Virus record (IMG/VR): IMGVR_UViG_3300024996_000120
Location: 1 to 37,950 of that record
Length of the DNA: 37,950 bases
DNA from: a virus
Taxonomy: Duplodnaviria > Caudoviricetes
Strand: one strand, 5' to 3'
Position numbers and translations under genes: made by a program. The notes under the pieces were generated by a model. It worked only from the letters and a program-made list of their open reading frames with translations, did not search any database and had not been told where the DNA came from. Every line of letters starts with the position of its first letter. Within the stretch, counting starts at the first letter, position 1. Positions 23,688 through 33,723 of the stretch are shown here, piece after piece.

Positions 23688-24215
23688 ATGTACGCGACCC
23701 TCGTCCAGCTCGCCGACGCCAAGCTCACCCGTGAGCTTGCCCAGGTGGCTACCGCCGACAACGCCGCCGTGATCGACGACGCGTTGATGGAGGCCAGCCT
23801 GCGCGGTGGGGATCGCACGGCATGGCCTGCTGATCAGATCGCGCTGGCGGACGATGCCCTGGTGCACATCACCAGCGCGATCGCCTCCGCCGACAGCGTG
23901 ATCGACGGCTACCTGCGCAACCGCAAGCCGGTCGCGTACACGCTGCCGCTGAACCCGGTGCCCAGCCTGGTCGCGGTGTGGTCGCGCTGGATCGCGCGTT
24001 ACCTGCTGCACAAGGACCGCGTCAATACGAGCGAGTCCACCGACCCGGTCGTGCGCGACTACAAGGAGGCGTTGAAGTTCCTGCAGCTCACCGCGGACGG
24101 CAAGTTCTCGCTGGGCGCGGATGATCCGCTGCCGCCGCCGGGCGCGGGCGCGCCCGAGGTGTGTGCGCCGGAGCGTGTATTCACGTTCGACACGCTGCAG
24201 GACTTCGGCGCATGA
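23688..24215 (+). CDS. head-tail connector, Mu gp36-like (DUF1320)
   Basis: MYAT..AIASADSVIDGYL..YTLPL..IARYLLH..RDYKEALKFL..GKFSLG. Confidence 0.88.
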   Translation: MYATLVQLADAKLTRELAQVATADNAAVIDDALMEASLRGGDRTAWPADQIALADDALVHITSAIASADSVIDGYLRNRKPVAYTLPLNPVPSLVAVWSRWIARYLLHKDRVNTSESTDPVVRDYKEALKFLQLTADGKFSLGADDPLPPPGAGAPEVCAPERVFTFDTLQDFGA

Positions 24216-24679
24216 ACATCGCGCCGTTCGACGTCACGCCGATCATCGAGCGCGTCCGCGCAAAGGTGACCGTGTTGCGCCAGGTGGCCGGCGCGTCTGA
24301 CTTCGCCGCGGTGAAGAACCTCACCGATTACCCCGCGCCCTGCGCGTATGTGGTGCTCGCGCGTGACAAGAGCGATCCCATCGCGGTGGGTTATGCGCCG
24401 CGCGGGCAGCAGGTGGCGATCGAGCAGGACCAGCGCGTGACGTTCGGCGTGATCGTCGCCGTCAGCAACTACCGCGAGCAGCGCGGCGCGCAGGTCTCGC
24501 CGCAGCTGCAGCAGATCCTGGGCGCCATTCGCGGCGCGCTGCTGGGCTACGTGCCCGACGTGCCCGGCGGCCGCCCCTGCCTGCACGTGCAGGGCGACCT
24601 CACTGATTACAACGCCGGCACCGCCTTGTGGACGGACGTCTGGCAAACCGCGCAAACCATCGGAGTCGATGCCCCATGA
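24212..24679 (+). CDS. tail terminator / Mu gp37-like
   Basis: VAGASDFAAV..PCAYVV..FGVIVAV..IRGALLGY; position after gp36. Confidence 0.75.
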   Translation: MNIAPFDVTPIIERVRAKVTVLRQVAGASDFAAVKNLTDYPAPCAYVVLARDKSDPIAVGYAPRGQQVAIEQDQRVTFGVIVAVSNYREQRGAQVSPQLQQILGAIRGALLGYVPDVPGGRPCLHVQGDLTDYNAGTALWTDVWQTAQTIGVDAP

Positions 24680-24840
24680 AAGTGACCCTCATCAAGCCCC
24701 TCACGCTCGCCGGCGACGAGCACGCCGTGGGCGACCGTGTCGAGGTCGATGCCGCCACCGCCGCCTGGCTGGCCGAGCACAAGATCATCGAGCCGCTGGC
24801 CACCACCACCACCGGCAAGGCTGCCGGCAGCAAGGAGTAA
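24676..24840 (+). CDS. small virion-associated protein (54 aa)
   Basis: MKVTLIKPLTLAGDEHAVGDRVEVDAATAAWL; ATGA overlap; precedes the tail tube gene. Confidence 0.75.
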   Translation: MKVTLIKPLTLAGDEHAVGDRVEVDAATAAWLAEHKIIEPLATTTTGKAAGSKE

Positions 24841-24843
24841 CCC

Positions 24844-25614
24844 ATGTCCCTCGAAACCTATTTCTCGCTGCAGGGCGAAGTATGGCTGGGCGACCGTGAC
24901 CCGGTGACCGGCTTGTCCAAGAAGAGCCGCTGGCTGTTCAACGCGCCGAAGTTTGAGATCGCGATGTCGACCGAAACCGATGACGTGGTCGAGAGCCACA
25001 GCGGCAACCGCCTGCTCGATGATCAGCTGGACAAGGGCAAGAGCGCCAAGGTCAGCCTGACGCTGCATGGCTGGTCGCTGCAGAACCTGGCGCTCGGCCT
25101 GTACGGTGCGGTCGCGAAGATCACCGGTGGCGCCGTGGTGGACGAAGTACTGCCCGCGGGCCTGGTGGCCGGTGACTTCGTGCAGCTGGACAAGCGCGGC
25201 ATCAGCGCCCTGACCATGAAGGACAGCACCGTAGGCGCGCCGTTGGTGCCGACCGCGCAGCAGATCTCCATCTACCGCCCGAACAGCGGCATGCTGGCGA
25301 TCACCGACGTCGGCGCCTACGTGCAGCCGTTCAAAGCCAGCTACACGTACGCCGATGCGGACCTGGTCACCATGTTCGGCGTCGTCGCCCCGCCGGAGCG
25401 CTACCTGGTATTCGACGGCGTCAACACCAAGACCGGCAAGCCGGTGGTGGCCGAGCTGTACCGCCTCAAGTTCCAGCCGCAGAGCTCGCTGCCGCTGATC
25501 AACGAGAGCCACGGCACCATCGACCTCGAGGGCGTGTGCCTGTACGACCGCACTCGCGCCGCCGATGCCAACCTGGGCGGCTTCGGTCGCCTGGTACAGA
25601 CGGCGGCCGCGTAA
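24844..25614 (+). CDS. major tail tube protein (siphovirus-type)
   Basis: YFSLQGEV..ESHSGNRLLD..NLALGLYG..FDGVNT..GGFGR; AAGGAG SD; no sheath gene present. Confidence 0.85.
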   Translation: MSLETYFSLQGEVWLGDRDPVTGLSKKSRWLFNAPKFEIAMSTETDDVVESHSGNRLLDDQLDKGKSAKVSLTLHGWSLQNLALGLYGAVAKITGGAVVDEVLPAGLVAGDFVQLDKRGISALTMKDSTVGAPLVPTAQQISIYRPNSGMLAITDVGAYVQPFKASYTYADADLVTMFGVVAPPERYLVFDGVNTKTGKPVVAELYRLKFQPQSSLPLINESHGTIDLEGVCLYDRTRAADANLGGFGRLVQTAAA

Positions 25615-26165
25615 TGGCCAGGAAGGTAGCCAAGCCCGTGGAAGCGCCGGCGCCCGATACGGGCGCCGACGATCTGGCGACCATGCACCGCGATGCCACC
25701 GAGACCATCGGCGGCCGCGCGGTCACGTTCCATGCGTACCGGTTCTGGCCGGGCCAGCAGGTGCGCGCCAAGGCTAAGCCGCTCATTCGCGATCTGAAGA
25801 CGCAGATCGAAAGCGGCTCGGCGCTGTTCGAAGAGATCCTCGACGTACTGGCGGTGCATACCGAGCTGGTGCGGTGGTTGATCCTGGCCGCGATCCCAGC
25901 CGCCGCGGAGCCGGCGGCGCGGGCCGAATGGGAAGCGTGGATCGCCGGCCTCGACGACGAGGATGCGGAGCTGCTGCTGTTCGTGTGGTGGGGTGTCTGC
26001 GGCCCTTTTTTCTTGAAGATGATCGTGCGGCGCTGGCAGCAGCAACGTCAGCTCAAGGAGGATCTGGCCGCGACGCAAGGTGGGCCGACGTCTACGCATG
26101 CCTCACCGCCGCCGGCTACGGCACCCCTCAGCAGCTCGGATACGAATACACGGAGCGGCAGCTGA
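25614..26165 (+). CDS. tail assembly chaperone (G-like)
   Basis: Between the tube and tape-measure genes; contains the C CCT TTT slippery site. Confidence 0.8.
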   Translation: MARKVAKPVEAPAPDTGADDLATMHRDATETIGGRAVTFHAYRFWPGQQVRAKAKPLIRDLKTQIESGSALFEEILDVLAVHTELVRWLILAAIPAAAEPAARAEWEAWIAGLDDEDAELLLFVWWGVCGPFFLKMIVRRWQQQRQLKEDLAATQGGPTSTHASPPPATAPLSSSDTNTRSGS

Positions 26166-26314
26166 GGCTGTACTACGCCGCGGAGCAACGGCGCATCAAC
26201 GCCGCGCGCGCGGCCACGATCGAGGACGTGGCCACGGCCTACAGCGGCTGCCGCAGCACCAAGGGCAAGCGGGCCGCGGACAAGTTCATCGCTGACCTGC
26301 GCAAAGGATCGTAG
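26003..26314 (+). CDS. -1 frameshift extension of the tail chaperone (GT-like)
   Basis: -1 frame open from the slippery heptamer CCCTTTT (26003-26009) to 2 nt before the tape measure; ..GYEYTERQLRLYY.. Confidence 0.7.
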   Translation, partial: PFFLEDDRAALAAATSAQGGSGRDARWADVYACLTAAGYGTPQQLGYEYTERQLRLYYAAEQRRINAARAATIEDVATAYSGCRSTKGKRAADKFIADLRKGS

Positions 26315-26316
26315 AC

Positions 26317-29037
26317 GTGGCTGATCGCACCCTGGAAATCGCGCTGCGCATCAAGGCGGACCTGGAGTCCGCGCGCAAGCAGCTCGACGAGCTGAACAAG
26401 GCAGTCAAGGCCACCGGCGACAACTCGAAAGAGAGCGAGGCCAAGATCGCAGCCGTCGGCGAACGCATCGGCGAGATGGAGGCCGAAGCCGCTGCCGCCA
26501 ACAAGACGCTCGGCCAGACCGACAAGGTCACCCAGGCCGCCGCCGTCAACACCAACAAGCTCGGCCGCGAAGTGGCCCAGCTCGCGCGCAACCTGTCCAG
26601 CGGCAATATGACCGGCGCCGCCGGCAACATCACGCGGATCGGCTCGGCTACCAGCACCGCCGCCGAAGGCGCGGGCCTGCTGACCGGTGCCGGCGGCGCG
26701 GCGGCGGCGGTGCTGGCACTGTTGGCCGTCGGCGCGTTCAAGGGCTACCAGGAAACCGAGCGGCTGCGCGTGTCGCTGATCGCCACCGGCGGTGCCGCCG
26801 GCGAAAGTGTCGCGGGCCTCAATGCCCAGGCGGTGGCGGTGGGCGACGCCACGCGCCGATATGGCGAGGCGCGCAAGGCGATCGAGCTGCTGGTGGCGTC
26901 CGGCCAGGTCGGCGGCGCCGGCCTGGCCGGACTGGCGCAGCAGGCCGTGAACATGTCGATCGTCACGGGCGAGAGCGTCGACAAGTCCGTGGCGAAGATC
27001 CTGGAGATTGGCGAGCGCCCCTCCGCGGCGATCGCGAAGCTCAATGAGCAGTACCACTTCCTGACCGCCGCGCAGTACGCGCAGATCGCCGCGATGGAGG
27101 CCGAGGGCAACGTGCGCGGCGCCGCGCGCCTGGCCAACCAGCTCGATGCCCAGGCGATGGCCGACCGTGCCAAGGATGTGCAGGACAACGCCGGCCTGAT
27201 CGAGCGCGCGGCGCACGGCGTGAAAGCCGCGTGGGACGAAGCCTGGGATTCGATCAAGGGCATCGGCCGCACCCAAGGTCTGGGCGACCAGGTGGCCGCG
27301 GTCGAGGCGCAGATCAAGGCGCTCACCACGCCGCACCTGGACCGCGCCGGCAACCTGGTGCAGGGTCAGTTCGGCGACCAGGTGGCGAAGCTGAAGACGC
27401 AGCTGGCGGACCTGCGCCGGCAGCAGTTCGAGGCCGGCCTGGCTGGCGTCAACCAGTCACTCGACGCGCGGGCCAATGCGGACGCGATCGCCGCTCGCCA
27501 GCGCACCGCACAGTTCCTGCCCGCGGACGTGAAGCGCGACAACGCCCTGAAACAGGCCGCGGCCGACCGACTGGCTGCGATGTACGGCGTGGTCGACCCC
27601 GCGGAGAAGGAACGCATCGAGCGCACGTACCAGAACCAGGTGAAGGCGGCGAACGATGCCTTCGCCGCGGCAACCCGCGTGCCGAAGGCCAAGAAGGCGC
27701 CGGACAATACCCGCCAGGAGCTCGCCGCGCAGCAGGATCTGATCAAGATGCTGCAGCAGATGCAGGGCCAGCTCGACCCGACCGCCGCTGCCTGGGCGAA
27801 GTACAACGCCACGGTCGACCAGGCGAACGCGAAAGCGGCGCTGGCCAAGCAAGCGAAGGGCGCCAACGTCGCCGGCATCGACGCGGAGCGCACCGCGGTC
27901 GTGCAGCTGGCCGCCGTGATCCGCGATGCCGACCTGGCCGCGATCGCCAAGAAAGATCGTGACGCGTGGGAGCAGCTTCGGGCGAGCTTGCGCACGCCGG
28001 CCGAGGCCAAGGTGGACACGGCCGCGGCGCAGATCGCCGAGCTGAATCGACTGATCGCCGCCGGCGTCGACGTGGGCGGTAAGTATCAGGCGACGCTCGA
28101 TGCGATCGTGCGCAACAGCATTGTGGCGGCGCCGCAGTATCAGGGCGTGGACGCCGTGGTCAGTGGCCCGGCTGGCGAGCTGGTCAAGAACCTGCAGGCG
28201 CAGCAGGCGCTCGATACCTGGCATGCGCAGCAGCTCGCCGCCAACCAGGCATTCCGCGAACAGGACATCGCGAACGAAGAGGCTGCCAACGCGCGCAAGC
28301 TGGAGATCGAGAAACAGTTCGCCGCACAGAAGTCGCAGATCGACCAGGCGCGCAACCAGTTGGCTCTGGCTACGGCGGCAGCCGGTTTCGGCGCACTCGC
28401 CGGCGCAGCCAAGGCGGCCTACGGCGAGCAGAGCAAGCAATACCGCATCGCGTTCGCGCTGCAGAAGGCCGCCGCGCTGGCGCAGTCGATCCTCGCCATC
28501 CAGACCAGCATCGCAGAGTCGAGCAAGATCGGCTTTCCGTGGAACATCGTCACGATCGCCGGCGCCGTGGCGCAGGGCGTGAGTGTGTTGGCCACGATCA
28601 ACAGCACCACGCTCGGTGGCTACGCCACTGGCGGCGAGATTCGCGAGGGCGGCGCGGTGCGCGGTCCTGGCACCGGCACCAGCGACAGCGTGCTGCTGTG
28701 GGGCAGCAACGGCGAGTTCATGCAGCGCGAGGCGGCTGTGAAGTACTACGGCCTCGACTTCATGCATGCGGTCAACAACCTGCAGCTGCCGCGCTTCGCC
28801 ACGGGTGGCCTGATCGGCGCGCCCGCCGCGCCCGCGTTCAGTCCGGTCGCTGCACCGGCTTTCACCGGCGGCAGTGATGGCGCGGGTTCAAACGCGGCGC
28901 GGCCGATCAACCAGCGCATCGTCGTCGGCTTGGATTCGAGCGCGCTCGATGACTGGGCCAGCAGCAGCAGTTTTGAGCAGGCGGTGAAGGTCACCATCGG
29001 CCGCAACCCTTCCTTCATTCGCCAGGCGGTGCGCTGA
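26317..29037 (+). CDS. tail tape measure protein
   Basis: 906 aa, Ala/Gln-rich helical; lambda-H-like KLNEQYHFLTAAQYAQI; C-terminal GYATGG..GPGTGTSDSV..SNGEF. Confidence 0.92.
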   Translation: MADRTLEIALRIKADLESARKQLDELNKAVKATGDNSKESEAKIAAVGERIGEMEAEAAAANKTLGQTDKVTQAAAVNTNKLGREVAQLARNLSSGNMTGAAGNITRIGSATSTAAEGAGLLTGAGGAAAAVLALLAVGAFKGYQETERLRVSLIATGGAAGESVAGLNAQAVAVGDATRRYGEARKAIELLVASGQVGGAGLAGLAQQAVNMSIVTGESVDKSVAKILEIGERPSAAIAKLNEQYHFLTAAQYAQIAAMEAEGNVRGAARLANQLDAQAMADRAKDVQDNAGLIERAAHGVKAAWDEAWDSIKGIGRTQGLGDQVAAVEAQIKALTTPHLDRAGNLVQGQFGDQVAKLKTQLADLRRQQFEAGLAGVNQSLDARANADAIAARQRTAQFLPADVKRDNALKQAAADRLAAMYGVVDPAEKERIERTYQNQVKAANDAFAAATRVPKAKKAPDNTRQELAAQQDLIKMLQQMQGQLDPTAAAWAKYNATVDQANAKAALAKQAKGANVAGIDAERTAVVQLAAVIRDADLAAIAKKDRDAWEQLRASLRTPAEAKVDTAAAQIAELNRLIAAGVDVGGKYQATLDAIVRNSIVAAPQYQGVDAVVSGPAGELVKNLQAQQALDTWHAQQLAANQAFREQDIANEEAANARKLEIEKQFAAQKSQIDQARNQLALATAAAGFGALAGAAKAAYGEQSKQYRIAFALQKAAALAQSILAIQTSIAESSKIGFPWNIVTIAGAVAQGVSVLATINSTTLGGYATGGEIREGGAVRGPGTGTSDSVLLWGSNGEFMQREAAVKYYGLDFMHAVNNLQLPRFATGGLIGAPAAPAFSPVAAPAFTGGSDGAGSNAARPINQRIVVGLDSSALDDWASSSSFEQAVKVTIGRNPSFIRQAVR

Positions 29038-29891
29038 TGGCCTACGAGATCGGCTTCGTCGACAACGCCGGCAGCGAGGGCCTGGCCCATTGGCAGATGC
29101 TGCTCAAGATCAAGACGTTCGCCGAGGCGTATGGCTGGACCACGCTGCGCTACGTCAACCCCACCGACGGCAGCAACCGCGAGCTGATCATGAAGGGCGT
29201 GGGCTTGAGCGGCACCGAAGAGATCTTCATCGGCTTCCGCAGCTATCACTCAGCCGCGGCCGATTACTACAACCTCAGCGTCGCCGCGTTCACTGGCTAC
29301 GTCGACGCGGCCGCGTTCACCAGCCAGCCCGGTTACATGGAAAGCGGCGTCCCGGCGCACAACCAGCGCATCGACTACTGGCTGTGCGTGAACGCGCAGC
29401 GCATCGTGTTCGGCTGGAAGGTCGGCGTAGGCAGCTATCAGAGCGGCTATGCCGGCAAGTTTTTCCCCTATGGCACGCCCGGCCAGTACCCGTACCCTGT
29501 AGCGGTTTTCGGCATGCTCAACGGCGTGCCGGCGACGCGCTACTCCGACACGAATTATTCGATGGGCCTCAAGGGCTACATCCAGGCATCGAGCGCATAC
29601 AACGGCCCGAACGCGCGCATCCGCGACGTCATGGGCACGTGGCAGACGCCTTACAGCGCGCCCTGGAACAGCGGCATCAACCTGCGCGAGACGGGCGGCT
29701 ATTACCTCGGCAAACGCCTCGCTCTCTACAACGCGGGCAACGTGTGGGGTGAGCTCGATGGCGTGCGCTTCATCAGCGGCTTCAATCAGGGCGTCGAGAA
29801 CACCTGTGTCATCGACGGCGTGACCAACGTGGTGCTGCGCGACGTAACCCGCACCGGGTTCAGCGACTACTACTTGCTGGAGCTCAAGTAA
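29037..29891 (+). CDS. minor tail/virion structural protein
   Basis: Follows the tape measure; Gly/Tyr-rich, YAGKFFPYGTPGQYPYP; resembles D3112/B3-type tail proteins (recall). Confidence 0.75.
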   Translation: MAYEIGFVDNAGSEGLAHWQMLLKIKTFAEAYGWTTLRYVNPTDGSNRELIMKGVGLSGTEEIFIGFRSYHSAAADYYNLSVAAFTGYVDAAAFTSQPGYMESGVPAHNQRIDYWLCVNAQRIVFGWKVGVGSYQSGYAGKFFPYGTPGQYPYPVAVFGMLNGVPATRYSDTNYSMGLKGYIQASSAYNGPNARIRDVMGTWQTPYSAPWNSGINLRETGGYYLGKRLALYNAGNVWGELDGVRFISGFNQGVENTCVIDGVTNVVLRDVTRTGFSDYYLLELK

Positions 29892-30787
29892 TGGCCTACG
29901 TCACTGGCACGGCCAACTCCTACGCCGACCTGCTCGCCGCGCTGCAAACCGCATGCACGACCAACGGCTACACGCTCACGGGCAACGTGCTGAGTAAGGG
30001 CACGCTGTTCATCGAAGCGAAGGTCGTGGGCAGCACGCTGCAGATCCAGGGCGGGAGCGGCCAGTCCGGCGGCGTACTCAGCGGCCGCAGCAATGCGCAG
30101 CCGTCGCTGATCGGGCTGACGATCACGACGGCGTCGCCCACAGTCGCGCATCCCATCGTGTTCCCGGTGACCTACGAGATCCACGTCAACGCGGCGCCGG
30201 ACGAGGTCTACCTGTTCATCAACTACGAGACCACCTGTTACCAGTACCTCGCGTTCGGCCAGAGCGATCAGCCCGGCCTGATCGGCACGGGCAATTGGTA
30301 CTACGGCACGGCAGGCACGAATACCAGTGGATCGAACTGGGATTTCCGTACTCTGGGTGGTGGTTTCACGAACGGCTCAAGTTTCAACCCGGGTTTGTTC
30401 GACGCGCTATCCAGTTACTGGGGAGGTATCGGCGGCATCGACCATCAGATGGACATCGCCGGCAACTGGAACACCTACGCGTCGTACTTCGATCGCTGGC
30501 CGATCCAGAGCAATTCGCCGAGCGCCTGGAACGGTGAATCCGTGCTTAGCCCCATCGTGGTCTATACCCCGCGGCCGTCGGGCTTGTATTCCCCGATCCT
30601 GCAGACCCGGCATATCCGGTGGGTGATGCTGGACAACCTGGTCGACCGCCAGATCATCGACCTGTCCCCCGACAAGTGGATGGTGTACCCGCTGTGGCGT
30701 CGCAGCTCGCCGCGCACCTTTGGTCCGACGCCCGTCGGCGGCGGCACCGGCACGCTGGGCTACGCCGTGCGTTACACGGGGCCGTGA
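29891..30787 (+). CDS. minor tail/virion structural protein
   Basis: MAYVTGTANSYADLLAAL..; TAATG overlap; second of a pair of similar-sized tail proteins. Confidence 0.75.
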   Translation: MAYVTGTANSYADLLAALQTACTTNGYTLTGNVLSKGTLFIEAKVVGSTLQIQGGSGQSGGVLSGRSNAQPSLIGLTITTASPTVAHPIVFPVTYEIHVNAAPDEVYLFINYETTCYQYLAFGQSDQPGLIGTGNWYYGTAGTNTSGSNWDFRTLGGGFTNGSSFNPGLFDALSSYWGGIGGIDHQMDIAGNWNTYASYFDRWPIQSNSPSAWNGESVLSPIVVYTPRPSGLYSPILQTRHIRWVMLDNLVDRQIIDLSPDKWMVYPLWRRSSPRTFGPTPVGGGTGTLGYAVRYTGP

Positions 30788-30791
30788 CGAC

Positions 30792-32495
30792 GTGGCCGTG
30801 ATCCTCGCCATTGCCGGCGCCTCGGCCGCCGCAGGCTACCCCAACCCGCACGTGTCGGCGGCCTTGCGCGGCTTCGCCGTCGACTATTGGCCGACGCATG
30901 CGGCCGATCTGGCGCCGGTCTCTCCGCTGTCTGCCATCACCCGCATCGTGCCCGCCGCCGTGCCCATCGCGATCGCCGCGGTGCCGGCCAACGCCTACAT
31001 GGTCGACTACTACTACCGGGTGCACCTGATCCCCTCGCGTATCGAACTGGGCAACCTGGTCAGCGCGCAGACGCGCAGCGTCGTCGTGTGGAACGCCTGG
31101 CCCGACCAGTCGCTGTCCCTCACCGACCTGCAGATGCTGAACGCCGACGGCATCATCGCCACCGGCGAAGGTGCGCTGCCGCTGGCGTTCGCGCCGCTGC
31201 AGCAGCGCGTGTGGTCCGTCGCCGTCGATACGGCTGGTCCGCCCGTGATCGCGGCGACGCTCAGCTGGTTGTTTGCCGGACTCGATCCCCTCTCGGTGGA
31301 GATCACCGGCAACCGCCTGACCGCGTGGACTATCCCGCCCGTATGGCACAACGGCATGCTTGAACGCCTGGAATGGCTCACCGAGCTGCAGCGCGGCGCC
31401 GATGGCAGCGAGGATGCCTACGCCCTGCGCGAATCTCCAAGGCGCACTTGGGAATTCGACGTGCGCGTCGCCGGCGCGAACCGCTGGCTGCTGGAATCCA
31501 CGTTGTATGACTGGTCGACGCGCAACTGGGCGTTTCCGGTGTCGCCCGATCACAGCGTGCTGGGCGAGCTGCTGCCGGCCGCCTCGGCCAGCATCCCGCT
31601 GGCGACGTCGAACCTGGATTACACGATCGACGGTCTCGCGATGTTGTGGGCCAGCCCGACGCAATACGAGATCGTCGAAGTCAGCGATATACAGTCCAAC
31701 GTGCTGCTGCTCACGCGCCCTACCGTCAGCGCCTTTCAAGCCGGGTCGCGCGTGTATCCCGTGCGGATCTCGCGGCTCGCCGATCGCCCGCAATTGCAGC
31801 GCCCCACCGATCGACGCGCCGATGCGCATGTGCGCATGGAGGCCATCGAGCCGTGCGACTGGCCGGCCGTGCCGCCGGCGACGATGTATGCCGGCTATCC
31901 GGTGCTGGACCACGTCGACGAAATCAGCGACGTGCCCACCGCGGTTTATGAACGCGACGTGGAAGTTCTCGACCCGGACATCGGCCCGGTCAGCATCGAC
32001 GACATCACGGGCCTAGCCTGGCCGCAGCAATCGCATGCGTGGAAGCTGCAGGGCCGCGCCGCGCGCGCCGCGCACCGCTCGCTGCTGTATTACCTGGCCG
32101 GCCGCGCTCGCCTCGTATGGCTGCCCAGCGGACAAGACGACATGCACCTGGTAGCCCCCATCGGCGCCACCAGCATCATGATGGATATCGCCTGGTGCAG
32201 TTATACGCGCTACCAGCATGGCCAGCCCGGCCGCAAGCACCTGCGCATCGAGCTGGTCGACGGCACGGTGTTCCATCGAGCCATCGCTACGTGGGCGGAG
32301 CTCGATGCCGGCACCGAGCGCCTCGGCCTCGATGCCGCGCTCGGCCGCGATGTGTCGCCTGCACAGGTGGCACGCATCAGCTATCTCGCCTTGCATCGCC
32401 TGACCGGCGACGCGGTGGAGATCCTTCACCTGGCCGACAGCGCGGGCATAGCCCATTGCAGCGTTCAGTTCTCGGGGGCGCCGGCCAATGAGTGA
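30792..32495 (+). CDS. tail tip structural protein
   Basis: DYYYRVHLIP..LGNLVSAQ..VWNAW..ERLEWLT..LRESPRR; start GTG 30792 estimated. Confidence 0.75.
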   Translation: MAVILAIAGASAAAGYPNPHVSAALRGFAVDYWPTHAADLAPVSPLSAITRIVPAAVPIAIAAVPANAYMVDYYYRVHLIPSRIELGNLVSAQTRSVVVWNAWPDQSLSLTDLQMLNADGIIATGEGALPLAFAPLQQRVWSVAVDTAGPPVIAATLSWLFAGLDPLSVEITGNRLTAWTIPPVWHNGMLERLEWLTELQRGADGSEDAYALRESPRRTWEFDVRVAGANRWLLESTLYDWSTRNWAFPVSPDHSVLGELLPAASASIPLATSNLDYTIDGLAMLWASPTQYEIVEVSDIQSNVLLLTRPTVSAFQAGSRVYPVRISRLADRPQLQRPTDRRADAHVRMEAIEPCDWPAVPPATMYAGYPVLDHVDEISDVPTAVYERDVEVLDPDIGPVSIDDITGLAWPQQSHAWKLQGRAARAAHRSLLYYLAGRARLVWLPSGQDDMHLVAPIGATSIMMDIAWCSYTRYQHGQPGRKHLRIELVDGTVFHRAIATWAELDAGTERLGLDAALGRDVSPAQVARISYLALHRLTGDAVEILHLADSAGIAHCSVQFSGAPANE

Positions 32496-33261
32496 CGTCG
32501 AGTTCTACGAGTTCCGACGCGGCACGGTCGCCTGGCGCTATACCAGCCGCCGCAAGCCGCTGGTGTACCAGGGTCAAACCTACGCGTCGGCGTCGATCAA
32601 ACGCGGCGAGATCGCGCAGACGCAAGACCTCTCGCGCAACGTGCTCGACCTGACGGTGCCATTGGACCTTCCGGTGCTACAGCAATTCCAGCCGGCGGCG
32701 CCGCTGGCCAAAATCAGCGTGCTGCTGCGCGTGCTGCCGGCCAATGAAACCGTGGCGCGCGGCATCTGGGGCGGAAAGCTCGCCAGCGTGGAAGACAATA
32801 CGCACCGCGCCATCATCCATTGCCTGCCGCCCAGCGCCGGCGCCAGCACCGCCGGCCTCAGCGAATGCTGGCAAAAGCCCTGTCGTCATGTGCTGTACGG
32901 TCCTGGCTGCAAGGCCAGCCGCGAGGCTGTGCGTGTGGATGCCACGCTCACGTCTGTCGGCGCCACCACCGTGCAAGGTGCGGCATTCGCCGCCAAGCCC
33001 GACGGCTGGTTCGCCGGCGGCTACATCACATGGACCACGTCGACGGGCCTGGTTGAGTTGCGCTGGGTGATCACGCACGTGGGCGACATGCTGACGTTGC
33101 TGACGCCGTCGTTGGTGGCCGTGGGCACGACCGTGGCGGCATACCCCGGCTGCAACCACACCGCCAGCGATTGCGACACGAAGCACCACAACATCCTCAA
33201 CTACGGCGGCCAGCTCTATATCCCAGAGAAGGGCGCCCAGAACAACAACCCGGGGTTCTGA
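32488..33261 (+). CDS. BR0599/DUF2163 family tail tip protein (lambda gpL-like, Cys cluster)
   Basis: CRHVLYGPGC ... YPGCNHTASDCDTKHHNILNYGG. Confidence 0.85.
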   Translation: MSDVEFYEFRRGTVAWRYTSRRKPLVYQGQTYASASIKRGEIAQTQDLSRNVLDLTVPLDLPVLQQFQPAAPLAKISVLLRVLPANETVARGIWGGKLASVEDNTHRAIIHCLPPSAGASTAGLSECWQKPCRHVLYGPGCKASREAVRVDATLTSVGATTVQGAAFAAKPDGWFAGGYITWTTSTGLVELRWVITHVGDMLTLLTPSLVAVGTTVAAYPGCNHTASDCDTKHHNILNYGGQLYIPEKGAQNNNPGF

Positions 33262-33262
33262 C

Positions 33263-33493
33263 GTGATCTGGGCCGCTCTCATCGTTGCATTGCTCGCCGC
33301 CATCTACGTCTATTCGTCGATGCCGAGCACCCCATCGAAAAAGCCGCCGAGCCTGGCGGATCTGCAGACGCCTACCGTGGAGGATGGCCGCGAGATCCTC
33401 ATGGTGTTCGGCGAGGTGGTCATCAACGACAACAACGAACTGTGGCACGGCGACCTGCAGACCAGCCCGATTAAGACGAAGAGCGGCAAGTGA
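33263..33493 (+). CDS. small tail assembly protein
   Basis: Hydrophobic N-terminus, then PTVEDGREILMVFGEV..N..WHGD. Confidence 0.75.
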   Translation: MIWAALIVALLAAIYVYSSMPSTPSKKPPSLADLQTPTVEDGREILMVFGEVVINDNNELWHGDLQTSPIKTKSGK

Positions 33494-33723
33494 TGGCGGA
33501 GATCCTGATCACCATGCAGCACGTGCGCGCCGCCAAGCTCGGCGGCACCGGCGTGCTCTGCGCCCCCAGCATTCGCGCCTGGTGCGATCGCTACGGCGTC
33601 GACCTCCGCAAGCTCGCCGAGGAAGGGCTGCCGATCGAGCAGGCCGAAGCGATCGACGATGCGTTCGCGCAGCGCGTTTGCGCGATCGCCCGCGCTGAGG
33701 CGGCGGAGGCTCGTCATGGGTAA
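33493..33723 (+). CDS. small tail-region protein
   Basis: ITMQHVRAAK..CAPSIRAWCDRYGVD..EGLP; TGATG overlap. Confidence 0.75.
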   Translation: MAEILITMQHVRAAKLGGTGVLCAPSIRAWCDRYGVDLRKLAEEGLPIEQAEAIDDAFAQRVCAIARAEAAEARHG

